From NCBI GenBank assembly GCA_963678065.2, contig CAXXVZ010000003.1, positions 512,001 through 576,000 on the forward strand: 64,000 bases of DNA. The letters run 5' to 3'. The notes beneath the pieces are model-generated. The model had not been told where the DNA came from and searched no databases. It saw only the letters and a list, made by a program, of their open reading frames with translations. The position numbers were made by a program, and so were the translations under genes. Positions 38,669 to 48,417 of this stretch are shown piece after piece. The DNA is from Treponemataceae bacterium (GTDB lineage Bacteria; Spirochaetota; Spirochaetia; Treponematales; Rectinemataceae). The stretch's first letter is position 1. Each line of letters opens with the position of its first letter.

Positions 38669-39837
38669 AGCCAATCAACCTGGACAAGACCCACATACTC
38701 CTCGCGGCGATAGTCGCCATCTGTGTCATCGCTCTCGTGACGATGTTCCTCGCGTTCCGGGCCGATGAAGTGGACAGGGCCATCCGCTCCGACAGGATCA
38801 TGAACATACTCTTCGTGATCGAGAGCGAAGGGAAACCCGCGGTCTCCGAACTTTTCATGTTCCACCCCGCGACAGGTCGGAGCGCGCTACTCGACGTGCC
38901 GCCTGAAACCGGCCTCATCCTCGAAACCCTGAAGCGGGTGGACAGGATCGAAACTGTCTACGATGCGCGCAAGCCTGGACCCTATATTGCCGAATTGCGC
39001 AAACTGATCGATACGCCGGTGGATTACTGGATGATCTTCGATCAGAAGACATTCATGAAAACAGTGGACCTTCTCGAGGGGCTCGAGGTTTTCGTGCCCA
39101 ACCCGGTGAACCATCCTGGACCACCCTCCGTCCTTCTGCCGGGAGGGGCGCTCGTTCTCGATGGCGACAAGGCCATGCAGTACGCATTCTTTTCGGACAG
39201 CGGGGAGACAGAGACTGAGACTGTCGCCCGCAGGCAGAAGGTCTTCCAGTCGCTCATCAGGCGCATCGCGCAGAAGAATGACTATCTCCGGAGGCGAGAT
39301 GTTTTCGGCGCCTTCGCCGCAGGCATAAAAACCAATCTTTCACGGGAAGCCATGGTCCGGTTTCTCTCCGAGGCGGGTAAAATAGATGCCGACAGAATAG
39401 TCCTCCAGAAGATCACTGGCACCTACCGGACCGTCGATGAAAAGCGACTCCTCTTTCCCCATTATGACGGCGAACTCGTCAGGGATATCGTAAAGCAGAC
39501 CGTAAATGCTCTCTCCGTCGCCGACGCTTCGACCTCCTCGGGAAAGACTTACACTGTCGAGATACTGAACGGAACGGAATCGAAGGGATTGGCCAAATCG
39601 GCCGCCGATATTTTCCAGAGCTTCGGCTACGATATCGCCGCATTGGGAAACGCGGACAAACAGGATTACAGCCGAACAGTAATCATCGACCGTTATGGCG
39701 ATCCGGCCGTGGCAAAAACTGTCGGATCTGTCATCCGCTGCGAAAACATGGGGCCCGCGACGGCTGATTCCACAGTCGTCGCAGACTTCACTATCATATT
39801 GGGAAAGGATTTCAATGGGAGGGCTTGTGTCCGATAG
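38665..39837 (+). CDS. LCP (LytR-CpsA-Psr) family protein with LytR_C domain
   Basis: N-terminal TM, LDGDKA, RRQ, VEILNGT...GLA, IILGKD. Confidence 0.8.
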   Translation: MKPINLDKTHILLAAIVAICVIALVTMFLAFRADEVDRAIRSDRIMNILFVIESEGKPAVSELFMFHPATGRSALLDVPPETGLILETLKRVDRIETVYDARKPGPYIAELRKLIDTPVDYWMIFDQKTFMKTVDLLEGLEVFVPNPVNHPGPPSVLLPGGALVLDGDKAMQYAFFSDSGETETETVARRQKVFQSLIRRIAQKNDYLRRRDVFGAFAAGIKTNLSREAMVRFLSEAGKIDADRIVLQKITGTYRTVDEKRLLFPHYDGELVRDIVKQTVNALSVADASTSSGKTYTVEILNGTESKGLAKSAADIFQSFGYDIAALGNADKQDYSRTVIIDRYGDPAVAKTVGSVIRCENMGPATADSTVVADFTIILGKDFNGRACVR

Positions 39838-40201
39838 TAGGGATATCGCTTTTTCTCTCGCCGGCGTTCTTGCCGAGCATGGGGCTGGAGATGTCATCGT
39901 TCTCGACGTGGCAGTCCAGTCCGGATGGACGGACTTTTTTGTCATAGCAACGGCCACAAGTTCGACCCACATGAAGGGTCTTTCCCGCTTTCTCGACGAG
40001 AGGGCGGAAAGTCTCGGCGCGACGCGCTTCAACAAGCCCTCCATCGCCGATGACGAGGAGTGGATCCTCATCGACCTCGGAGATGTGGTCGTCCACATCA
40101 TGGCCCAGCGTGCGAGGAATTTTTACGAGCTCGAGAAGCTCTGGTTCCAGTCCACACCGATTCCTGTCGTTGCGCCTTCACAGGAGCAACTGCCAGGCTG
40201 A
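39827..40201 (+). CDS. rsfS: ribosome silencing factor
   Basis: DFFVIAT, WILIDLGDVVVHIM, RNFYELEKLW. Confidence 0.93.
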   Translation: MSDSRDIAFSLAGVLAEHGAGDVIVLDVAVQSGWTDFFVIATATSSTHMKGLSRFLDERAESLGATRFNKPSIADDEEWILIDLGDVVVHIMAQRARNFYELEKLWFQSTPIPVVAPSQEQLPG

Positions 40202-40225
40202 GCCTGCATTCAGCAGTCTGACAAT

Positions 40226-40266
40226 GAAACGACAAAGGCCGCCAGGGAGGCGGCCTTTGTCGTTTC
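40226..40266. terminator. bidirectional terminator
   Basis: 18-bp perfect stem GAAACGACAAAGGCCGCC/GGCGGCCTTTGTCGTTTC between convergent genes. Confidence 0.8.
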
Positions 40267-40287
40267 CGGGAATCGGACAGTGAAGTA

Positions 40288-40608
40288 TCAGTCGAGATCC
40301 TCGAATTCGATCTCATCCTCGTCGAAATCCTCGTCCTCGTCGAGATCGTCGTCGAGATCGTCGTCATCGTCAAAATCATCGTCGTCGTCATCGAAATCGT
40401 CGTCGTCATCGTCGAAATCATCGTCGTCGAGATCGTCGAAATCATCGTCCTCGTCGATGCCATCGTCCTCGAAGTCGTCATAACCGCCATCAAACAGAGC
40501 GGCTGGAAAATCGGGCGCAGGCGCTCCTTCGATGATTGCGCCGTCCAGGGCGGCCAGTGCGAGTTCTGAACCAAAAACCGGCGCGGATTCGCCGAAGGTG
40601 GGGATCAT
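40288..40608 (-). CDS. small extremely acidic (Asp/Glu-rich) hypothetical protein
   Basis: RBS GGGAGG, ATG 40608, upstream promoter, downstream terminator; poly-Asp C-terminal half. Confidence 0.7.
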   Translation of the reverse strand: MIPTFGESAPVFGSELALAALDGAIIEGAPAPDFPAALFDGGYDDFEDDGIDEDDDFDDLDDDDFDDDDDDFDDDDDDFDDDDDLDDDLDEDEDFDEDEIEFEDLD

Positions 40609-40705
40609 ACTGTCTTCCTCCCGTATATGCTTGGTGCCCATCGTGGAAAGGGGCACCTCAGGTGACCGGCGACTCGGCGTGCCGTCGAGACCGTTGTCAG
40701 CAGAA

Positions 40706-40735
40706 AATCTAAAAGAGCCGGCATCGGTATGTCAA
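40706..40735 (-). promoter_or_regulatory. putative promoter of the acidic protein gene
   Basis: TTGACA-18 nt-TAGATT on minus strand. Confidence 0.55.
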
Positions 40736-40792
40736 CTACGGATTCCCGAGAAATGATGCGGGCGAGTTGATTTTCCGGAATTCGCCGGGGGT

Positions 40793-40820
40793 TTGACAAG
40801 AATGTGTTAATCGCTATAAT
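40793..40820 (+). promoter_or_regulatory. consensus sigma70 promoter of ispE-spoVG
   Basis: TTGACA-16 nt-TATAAT, 10 nt before the ispE ATG. Confidence 0.8.
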
Positions 40821-40830
40821 AGCGCACTAA

Positions 40831-41751
40831 ATGGAGTTTTCCGTCCGCGTCAGGGCTCCCGCAAAAATCAACCTCCATCTGGAGGTTTTTGGCAAACGCT
40901 CCGACGGTTTTCATGATCTTTCCAGTCTGTTCCAGGCTGTGGATCTGTACGACGATATCTCTGTCCGGTCTTTGAAAGAACAGGATACGATAGAAATCTC
41001 AGGCGATTTCGATTGTCCTCCCGAAAAAACGACCGTCTGCAAGGCAGTCGAACTTTTTCGCAGGGCTACAGGAACGCGTCAAGGAGTAAGTGTCCAGGTA
41101 ATAAAGCGAATTCCGGCCGAGGCTGGTCTGGGTGGCGGATCGAGCGATGCAGCGTCGGTCCTTATGGCCTTGAACGCGACCATTGTCCCGGGGCTTTCGC
41201 CGGAGATCCTTGCAAAGATTGCGTCTGACATCGGCAGCGATGTTCCCTTTTTCCTTGGCGGGGGCGCGGCGATTGTGGGCGGCAGAGGAGAACTTCTGAC
41301 CCCGATCGTGCCGAGAACGGATTTTGTCGCCGTGCTCGTCTTTCCGGGATTCGGAGTGGGGACAGCTTGGGCTTACGGACAATTGGACAAAAAAGCCGGA
41401 CAGTCCAACCCGGCCATTGCGCTTACACATGAAACAATCGACGCAAACTACCGGCGCGCTCCCTCTTTCTGGGACTTTTCAAACAGCTTCCAGGCGATTG
41501 TGGATGAGTGCCATCCTGCGATCGGAAGGATCTGCGGGGAGTTGCGCAAATCGGGAGCCGCTTTTGCCGCCATGTCAGGCTCAGGTTCGAGCGTGTTTGG
41601 CATATTCATGACCATGCGGGCGGCGCGGGAAGCTGCCTCCTCTCTCTCCGACCGAATAGCCGATCTGACGGGAACCGGGGCAGATCCCGCCAGGATACTC
41701 GTCGCTGTCTGCTGTCCTCTTGCTTCCCCGCCTGACCTGGCTTACCATTGA
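40831..41751 (+). CDS. ispE: CDP-ME kinase
   Basis: APAKINLHL, IPAEAGLGGGSSDAA, IGSDVPFF, MSGSGS. Confidence 0.95.
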   Translation: MEFSVRVRAPAKINLHLEVFGKRSDGFHDLSSLFQAVDLYDDISVRSLKEQDTIEISGDFDCPPEKTTVCKAVELFRRATGTRQGVSVQVIKRIPAEAGLGGGSSDAASVLMALNATIVPGLSPEILAKIASDIGSDVPFFLGGGAAIVGGRGELLTPIVPRTDFVAVLVFPGFGVGTAWAYGQLDKKAGQSNPAIALTHETIDANYRRAPSFWDFSNSFQAIVDECHPAIGRICGELRKSGAAFAAMSGSGSSVFGIFMTMRAAREAASSLSDRIADLTGTGADPARILVAVCCPLASPPDLAYH

Positions 41752-41787
41752 GTTACATCCATTTTGTCGGCAAGGAGTGTCGAGGCC

Positions 41788-42072
41788 ATGGAAATCACCG
41801 ATGTTCGCATTCGCAAGGTCGCGGCAGAGGGCAAGCTCAAGGCATATGTCACTGTAACTTTCGACGGATGTTTCGTGGTTCACAATATCAAGATCATCGA
41901 GGGTAAAACCGGAATGTTCATCGCCATGCCAAGCCGGAAGACACGCACGGGGGAGTACAAGGATATAGTCCATCCCATCAGCCCGGATTTCAGGACTCGC
42001 CTTCAGGAAAAAATTCTGAAGGCCTATGAAACGGAGCCTCATGAGCTGGCAACTGAGTCCGATTTCGAATAA
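41788..42072 (+). CDS. spoVG: SpoVG nucleic-acid-binding regulator
   Basis: [35 protein letters not shown]. Confidence 0.95.
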   Translation: MEITDVRIRKVAAEGKLKAYVTVTFDGCFVVHNIKIIEGKTGMFIAMPSRKTRTGEYKDIVHPISPDFRTRLQEKILKAYETEPHELATESDFE

Positions 42073-42099
42073 TATCCAGTGCCCACTATTTTAGAACAT

Positions 42100-42171
42100 T
42101 GGGACGTCGGCAAGCGGTAAGCCTCCGGGTTTTGGTCCCGGCATTCGCAGGTTCGAATCCTGCCGTCCCAA
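42100..42171 (+). tRNA. tRNA-Gln (anticodon TTG)
   Basis: TGGGACG...CGTCCCA-A, CCGGG-TTTTGGT-CCCGG, GGTTCGAATCC. Confidence 0.93.
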
Positions 42172-42207
42172 TATTCCATACACACATCGCGCAAGGAGTT
42201 TAATACA

Positions 42208-42882
42208 ATGGACCATCATGTTATCAACGCCGTCAGCCGCGGCGCGACGACCAAAGGCGATCTCCGCAAGAACCGCCTCGAAGGGAAAATCCCTGCCATC
42301 ACCTACGGCTCGGGCAAACCCGCCCGCCAGCTCTTCATCGATGAAGCGGAATTCCTCACTGCTCTCAGCGGAATCACCGAGAGTACGATTATCGACCTCG
42401 TCGTGGATGGCCAGAAGGCCCAGGCTTTCGTGAAGGCCCGCCAGCGCGCCTCGATCAGCCATAAAATCATCCACGTCGACTTCCTCGAGATCACGGCCGG
42501 ACAGCTTTTGCATGCAAAGGTCCCCGTGCATCTCGTCGGTTCCGCAGCCGGCATCCGCGAGGGCGGTATCCTGGAGAACCCCTGCCATGAAATAGAAGTC
42601 GAGTGCGATCCTTCCAACCTTCCCGAGAAGATCAATCTCGATGTATCCGAGCTCCACGTGAATCATTCCATCCATGTCAGGGACATTCCCTCCAGGGACG
42701 GAGTCAGAATCCTGACCAAGGCTGACCAAGTCGTCGTGGCGATCAAGTACGCGCGGGGAGAAGAAGAGGCGCCTGCTGCCGAGGCCGCTCCCGCCGCCGC
42801 TACTGCCGAAGCCGCTCCCGCTACCGCTGCGGCGGCGACTGCAGCTCCTTCCGCAGCCGAGAAGAAAGCCGAAAAGAAATAA
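42208..42882 (+). CDS. rplY: 50S ribosomal protein L25/CTC
   Basis: IPAITYG, IHVDF, VPVHLVG, Ala-rich tail. Confidence 0.93.
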   Translation: MDHHVINAVSRGATTKGDLRKNRLEGKIPAITYGSGKPARQLFIDEAEFLTALSGITESTIIDLVVDGQKAQAFVKARQRASISHKIIHVDFLEITAGQLLHAKVPVHLVGSAAGIREGGILENPCHEIEVECDPSNLPEKINLDVSELHVNHSIHVRDIPSRDGVRILTKADQVVVAIKYARGEEEAPAAEAAPAAATAEAAPATAAAATAAPSAAEKKAEKK

Positions 42883-42903
42883 CCTTTTCGCAGAGGCTTT
42901 TCG

Positions 42904-42938
42904 GAAAGGGAGAGGCTTTGCCCTCTCCCTTTCTTTTT
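42904..42938 (+). terminator. intrinsic terminator after rplY
   Basis: GAAAGGGAGAGG...CCTCTCCCTTTC followed by TTTTT. Confidence 0.8.
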
Positions 42939-42975
42939 GTTAGTGATAAGCTTTCCCTGCTGCCGGAAGGAAACA

Positions 42976-44382
42976 ATGAGATCGAACCCGGAATCCGTCC
43001 CCCTCGCCGTTTCGGCTGTACTTGCCAGGATGCCCCTTTCTCCTGGCTCTCTGCTTCTGGTGGGGTATTCGGGCGGATCGGATTCGACAGCTCTGCTTGC
43101 AGCCCTGTCGAGAGAGGCAATTGAACACGGATGGCGCGTCTACGCCGTTCACGTGGACCACAATCTGCGCCCCGAGGATGAACGTCGCGCCGAGCGCCAT
43201 CTCGTCGAAAAAGTCTCGGCGCTGCTCGGAACCGGCCTGACCTTTGCCCATGTCGCCCCTGGGGCCATATCGGAATACGCCCGGTCGCGGAAGTCCGGCA
43301 TCGAGGCCGCCGCCCGTCACTTCCGCTACGAGGCCTTCAGGGCCTGCGCGAAAAGGCTGGATGCCAAGGCCATTTTCCTCGGCCATACCATGGACGACCA
43401 GCTTGAGACCGTGATCATGCGGGCTGCCGGCGGCGCCGGCGCGGGCGGCCTGAAGGGAATTCCTCCCGAGGCAGGTCTTCTGCGCCGTCCTCTTCTTTCC
43501 TGCACGAAATCCGACATCCTCGCCTATCTCGGAACGCTTTCGTTGCCGTATTCCTCTGACTCCACCAACGACTCCGACCTGTATTCCCGGAACAAAGTAC
43601 GCCATTCCCTCCTGCCTGCCCTCGACCGGTCCCTTCCTGGATGGAGAAGCGGGCTCTCTCTGACAGCGCAGAAATCCGGCTTGGATGAAGAGGCTTTCGG
43701 ATTTTTCGCGGCCTCGTCGCCGGGGAATTTTGCGGAAGTTGACGCGAAAACACAGAGTGCAGACGCCATCGCTTTTTCGCATGAACCGCTGGCTCTCCGT
43801 ATCCGGATGCTGCTTGCCGCAGCAGGTTCTCTGAGCGGGCGAAGTCGTCTCTCCTGGCGGATGGCGAGTGAGGCAGTCCAGGCGATTGAGACCGAAGGAA
43901 AAACTTTCCGTGGAGGGGGCTTTGCTCTTTACTCCAAACAGGGAAGGCTATTTCTGAGATATGGTCTTGATTTTCCCCGTTGCGGCGGATATTTTGTAGA
44001 GGTTGAGGCTCCAGGCCTTTACCGTGCAGGAAAGTTGCGAGTCCGTTTTTCCTGGGAACCGGAGATGAGTTCGAGAGGAATTCGGGCGGGCACGTTTACC
44101 TTCCCTCTCGTGATCCGCTCTCGACTTCCGGGAGATCACATCGCTTCCGCAGGTGGAACGAAAAAACTCGACGATCTGTTCATCGAGTGGAAGGTTCCTC
44201 CGGGGCTTCGGGACGAAATCCCGGTCATGGAAGACAGTGCCGGTATCGTCGCCATTCTTGGCCGCAATGTCGGGGTGAAAGACCGTTTCCGGCCGGCAAT
44301 CGAGGGCCTTGCACATGCGGATGGAAGCGGCATGGTATTATCGATCGTCATGAAAGGAGTCCGTGTTTCCGATGGATTTTAA
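42976..44382 (+). CDS. tilS: tRNA(Ile)-lysidine synthetase
   Basis: SGGSDS, HVDHNLR, GHTMDDQLET, DSTN...RNKVR, TilS_C. Confidence 0.92.
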   Translation: MRSNPESVPLAVSAVLARMPLSPGSLLLVGYSGGSDSTALLAALSREAIEHGWRVYAVHVDHNLRPEDERRAERHLVEKVSALLGTGLTFAHVAPGAISEYARSRKSGIEAAARHFRYEAFRACAKRLDAKAIFLGHTMDDQLETVIMRAAGGAGAGGLKGIPPEAGLLRRPLLSCTKSDILAYLGTLSLPYSSDSTNDSDLYSRNKVRHSLLPALDRSLPGWRSGLSLTAQKSGLDEEAFGFFAASSPGNFAEVDAKTQSADAIAFSHEPLALRIRMLLAAAGSLSGRSRLSWRMASEAVQAIETEGKTFRGGGFALYSKQGRLFLRYGLDFPRCGGYFVEVEAPGLYRAGKLRVRFSWEPEMSSRGIRAGTFTFPLVIRSRLPGDHIASAGGTKKLDDLFIEWKVPPGLRDEIPVMEDSAGIVAILGRNVGVKDRFRPAIEGLAHADGSGMVLSIVMKGVRVSDGF

Positions 44383-46231
44383 CAACCAGAACCAGACACC
44401 GCAGCGCAAACCGGAAGGACCGATCCGCGGAAGTCGCGCTGCATTCGCCGTATTCATTTCGCTCGGGCTTCTTTTCTCCGCCCTCTTCCTTTTTAATGAT
44501 AAATCTTCGGTAAAAGAGATACCGTACTCCGCTTTCATGTCGTATCTCGACCTCGGTCAAGTCGATACGGTCAAGATAATCGACCAATTCGAAATTCAGG
44601 GCACGCTCAAAGGCGCTACGGGGGCGCAGGCCCTGTTCTCCACCAATATTCCCTATGTCGACCTCGAATTGCTCGGCAAACTGCGCAAACAGGATGTCAA
44701 AATATCGGGCGGAGTGAAGGGAACGAGTCCGTGGCAGCTCCTCATCGAATTCCTGCCATGGTTCTTCGGGTTCTTCATCATGTGGATCATGCTCAGGCAG
44801 TTCCAGGGAAACAACAAGGCCTTCAATTTCGGCAAGAGCAAGGCAAAACGCTATGTCGAGCCCAGCAAGAAAACCACCTTCGAGGATGTGGCCGGACAGA
44901 AGGAAGCGAAGTACGAACTGCAGGAAGTCGTCGACTATCTCAAGAATCCGCAGAAATTCGTCAAGATGGGAGCGCGGATTCCGAAAGGCGTCCTCCTCGT
45001 CGGCATGCCGGGAACAGGAAAAACCCTCCTCGCGAAGGCTGTCGCAGGCGAGGCCGATGTGCCTTTCTTCCATATGTCAGGCTCTGATTTCGTGGAGATG
45101 TTTGTCGGAGTCGGTGCGAGCCGCGTCCGCGATCTCTTCGAACAGGGGAGGCGCAGCGCACCCTGCATCATTTTCATCGACGAACTCGACGCTGTCGGCC
45201 GCACGCGGGGCGCTGGCTACGGCGGCGGCCACGACGAGCGCGAGCAGACACTCAACCAGATGCTCGTCGAGATGGACGGTTTCGACACGAAAGATGGTGT
45301 GATAATACTCGCCGCGACCAACAGGCCCGATGTCCTCGATCCGGCCCTCCTCAGGCCGGGACGCTTCGACCGGCAGGTAGTGGTCGCCATGCCCGATGTG
45401 CAGGAGCGGGAGGCCATCCTCTCCATACATATGAAGAGAATCCCTGTGGCGGAGGGCGTCGATGTCAAGCGCATCGCACAGGCCAGTCCGGGGACTTCAG
45501 GAGCCGATCTGGCGAATCTCGTGAACGAAGCGGCCCTCTTCGCGATCCGCAAGGATCGGACAACCGTCGAGATGGATGATTTCGAGGAGGCCAGGGACAA
45601 AGTCTTCATGGGTGTGGCCAGGACGAGCCTGGTCATCTCTGCCGATGAAAAACGGGCCACCGCCTTCCATGAATCCGGGCACGCTCTCCTGCATTATCAT
45701 CTCGCCCACGCGGATCCCTTCCACAAGGTTACGGTCATCCCGAGAGGAAGGGCTCTGGGGCTCACCTTATCTCTTCCTGAAAAAGACACCTATTCCAAAT
45801 CCAGATCCTGGCTCCAGGACAGGATGGTTATCATGTACGGCGGCTACGCGGCTGAATCCATCATCTACGGAGAGACCACGACCGGCGCCTCCCAGGACAT
45901 CCGTCAGGCGACAGATTTCGCGCGCAGGATGGTCTGCGAGTGGGGAATGGCCGACGAGATGGGACCGGTCGCCTATGGTCAGGAAGAGGAGCCCATCTTC
46001 ATCGGCAAGGAAATAGCGCGGCACAAGGATTACTCCGAATCCACGGCTTCACACATCGACAATGCCATCAAGTCCATACTCGACAATGCCCTCGGGAGGG
46101 CGATGGAAATCCTGACCAGAAACCGCGATCAGCTCGACAAGCTCGCCGAGAGTCTCATCCAGAAAGAGACCCTTGATGATTCGGAGATCCGTGAACTCCT
46201 CGGCTTCCCGATGAGGCAGGCGACAGTCTGA
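44372..46231 (+). CDS. ftsH: ATP-dependent zinc metalloprotease FtsH
   Basis: 2 [31 protein letters not shown]. Confidence 0.97.
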   Translation: MDFNNQNQTPQRKPEGPIRGSRAAFAVFISLGLLFSALFLFNDKSSVKEIPYSAFMSYLDLGQVDTVKIIDQFEIQGTLKGATGAQALFSTNIPYVDLELLGKLRKQDVKISGGVKGTSPWQLLIEFLPWFFGFFIMWIMLRQFQGNNKAFNFGKSKAKRYVEPSKKTTFEDVAGQKEAKYELQEVVDYLKNPQKFVKMGARIPKGVLLVGMPGTGKTLLAKAVAGEADVPFFHMSGSDFVEMFVGVGASRVRDLFEQGRRSAPCIIFIDELDAVGRTRGAGYGGGHDEREQTLNQMLVEMDGFDTKDGVIILAATNRPDVLDPALLRPGRFDRQVVVAMPDVQEREAILSIHMKRIPVAEGVDVKRIAQASPGTSGADLANLVNEAALFAIRKDRTTVEMDDFEEARDKVFMGVARTSLVISADEKRATAFHESGHALLHYHLAHADPFHKVTVIPRGRALGLTLSLPEKDTYSKSRSWLQDRMVIMYGGYAAESIIYGETTTGASQDIRQATDFARRMVCEWGMADEMGPVAYGQEEEPIFIGKEIARHKDYSESTASHIDNAIKSILDNALGRAMEILTRNRDQLDKLAESLIQKETLDDSEIRELLGFPMRQATV

Positions 46232-46248
46232 ACGCGGCGCGCGGCGAT

Positions 46249-48363
46249 GTGAAGAGCGGTATGCTGTCAGGCTCGAGGCCTGCGATCACAAGGGGAAAGG
46301 AAAAATCCTGCCGCTTCTGGATGCCCCCTGTCCGCATCTGCTCTCCCGTCGTTGTGCTCTGCCTCGCGATCCTCCTTTCTTGTACGACCGCCCGCAAGAT
46401 ATCTCTGCCCCTCCCTCAGACACCACCTTATTCCTCCCTGAAAGTTTCCGAGCTGAGGACGGAGGCGAGCACGAATCCCACCTCCGTCCTTGCCTATCTT
46501 TCCGGAATAATCGGGGATGAGTCATCCTCGCTCGCGGGAGAACACGCAATTCCCGAACTCGTTGCGTCTGCTCTCGGGAAGATATTCGAGCGATACACGG
46601 CCGCTATGGATCAGAGCGACTGGAACGGGGCGCTCTCCTGTTTCAGGAGCCTCGCTGCGGTCTACGGAATCGAGAAAATGAAGCCTCTCTTTCCCCGCGA
46701 CCTTCTGAGTGACATGTCGCGGCCCGGATCATTCGGAGAACAGAAACTTCTGGCCATGCAGGCTGAGGCCTTCCATGAAAAAGGTTTCCATTCGGCCTCG
46801 CGGCTGCTTTACCTCCGATCTTTGAGGGCGGAGCCTGATCCCTTCCGTGATCCTGCCGATGCGGTTTCAGGCCGGGAGAGCCCCGGGTCAGGCCCTTCGG
46901 TCTTGACGAATCGCGCGTCGGATTTATCTGTGTGGATGGAAAGGGCATCCAAATCCGGCGATGAGTACTTCGTCAATGAGCTGCGGAAGGCGGAGAAAGC
47001 GCGGGGAACAGACAGTGAAACGCTCAAATCTGGTCTGTCCGCATCCGGCATCATTGCCAACGGCGCAGCCTCGCCCTCGGGTGATATTCCTGCGGCATCC
47101 ATGCCGATTTCCTCGATGATTTCGGGGGTCGTCACTGTTCGGGTCGACCGTGGAATCAAAATCGAAAACGGGGTCGGGGTGCCGGATCGAGTCATCGGTT
47201 CGGGGTTCTACATAGAGAAGAGCGGCTACATCCTGACCAATTATCACGTGGTGGAAAGTGAGGTGGATGCTGCCTATGAAGGCTATTCCAGACTCACCAT
47301 CAGACCGGCGGGAAGCCCTGACCTGCGCATTCCCGCCAAGGTAATCGGCTGGGACAGACTCCTCGACCTTGCTCTCCTGAAGACCGAAGTAAAACCCTCC
47401 TATGTTTTTACTCTTTCCGGAAACGCCACTCTCACGCCCGGCGAGAAGATACTCGCGATCGGTTCACCCGCAGGACTCGAGAGCACAGTGACTGCGGGCA
47501 TCGTGAGCGCCGGAGGACGAAGGATTTCTCAGATTGGCGAGGCTGTCCAAGTGGACGCTGCTCTCAATCCGGGCAATTCTGGCGGCCCATTGCTGGATTC
47601 CTCAGGCGAGGTCGCCGGCATAGTTTTCGCAGGCCTGTCGCAATTCCAGGGCCTCAACTTCTGTATCCCTTCGTCGTGGGTGCAGGCCGTCCTTCCCGAA
47701 CTTTTCAGGGGCGGAGAAGTTTCACATGCCTGGCTGGGCCTGGTTCTTGCGCAGGAACCTGAAGGCCTCGAAATAGCCTACCGTCATCCATCCGTCCCCG
47801 AAGGCATCTCAGAGGGAGATCGGCTAGTGGCCCTCGCTTCGAGAGCAGTTGCCGACATTCCTTCAGCCCAGATGGTCCTGGCTGCTTCGGGCTACACGCC
47901 GGGGACACTCATTTCCGTAGTACTGTCCGGGAAGGGCGGGAAGGCCGGAAGCCTTCCCGGGACACGATCCGAAGAGAACAATCTTGCGACGAAATCGGAC
48001 AGTGCGGGACCGGGGCTGACGGTTCTGAGAAATCTCGAACGCCGCCCTGACTATCCTATGGAGTCGGCGGCGGAAAGGGACAGTCACGCCTCGCTCATGA
48101 CCGCCTTGTATGGCATGTCGGTGAAACGCATGCCAGGAGTCTTCCTCGACCCCGAGCGCTACACTATCACGAGGATATGGAGTGGTGGAGTCGCCGATGA
48201 GGCCGGTCTTTCCGTGAACGATCCCTTTTCGGTCAACGATTTTTCCCTGGACAGAAAAAACAAGATCGTCGATCTTGTCATCAGGGTGAAAAAACGACAG
48301 GCGGGTTTCATGGAAAGCCTCGTCAGTCTTCCCGCCAGTCTGGAAATTCCCGATATCCTCTGA
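46249..48363 (+). CDS. S1C (HtrA-like) serine protease, probable lipoprotein with long N-terminal domain
   Basis: TNYHV, DLALL, GNSGGP triad; LLSC lipobox-like; PDZ-like C-terminus; start may be ATG 46321. Confidence 0.82.
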   Translation: MKSGMLSGSRPAITRGKEKSCRFWMPPVRICSPVVVLCLAILLSCTTARKISLPLPQTPPYSSLKVSELRTEASTNPTSVLAYLSGIIGDESSSLAGEHAIPELVASALGKIFERYTAAMDQSDWNGALSCFRSLAAVYGIEKMKPLFPRDLLSDMSRPGSFGEQKLLAMQAEAFHEKGFHSASRLLYLRSLRAEPDPFRDPADAVSGRESPGSGPSVLTNRASDLSVWMERASKSGDEYFVNELRKAEKARGTDSETLKSGLSASGIIANGAASPSGDIPAASMPISSMISGVVTVRVDRGIKIENGVGVPDRVIGSGFYIEKSGYILTNYHVVESEVDAAYEGYSRLTIRPAGSPDLRIPAKVIGWDRLLDLALLKTEVKPSYVFTLSGNATLTPGEKILAIGSPAGLESTVTAGIVSAGGRRISQIGEAVQVDAALNPGNSGGPLLDSSGEVAGIVFAGLSQFQGLNFCIPSSWVQAVLPELFRGGEVSHAWLGLVLAQEPEGLEIAYRHPSVPEGISEGDRLVALASRAVADIPSAQMVLAASGYTPGTLISVVLSGKGGKAGSLPGTRSEENNLATKSDSAGPGLTVLRNLERRPDYPMESAAERDSHASLMTALYGMSVKRMPGVFLDPERYTITRIWSGGVADEAGLSVNDPFSVNDFSLDRKNKIVDLVIRVKKRQAGFMESLVSLPASLEIPDIL

Positions 48364-48417
48364 TTCAAGAGTTCAGAACGAGCTGTAAACTGCCAAAGTA
48401 TCGATGGGGGTGAAAAG

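Noticed and set aside
40290..40480. Repetitive TCGTCG tract as CRISPR or VNTR
   Set aside because: No repeat-spacer structure; explained by Asp codons of the acidic ORF
42769..42860. Ala-rich repeats at the end of rplY
   Set aside because: Ordinary low-complexity CTC tail
42883..42975. Missing pth between rplY and tilS
   Set aside because: Gene order is variable; the spacer is fully explained by a terminator and RBS, with no remnant visible
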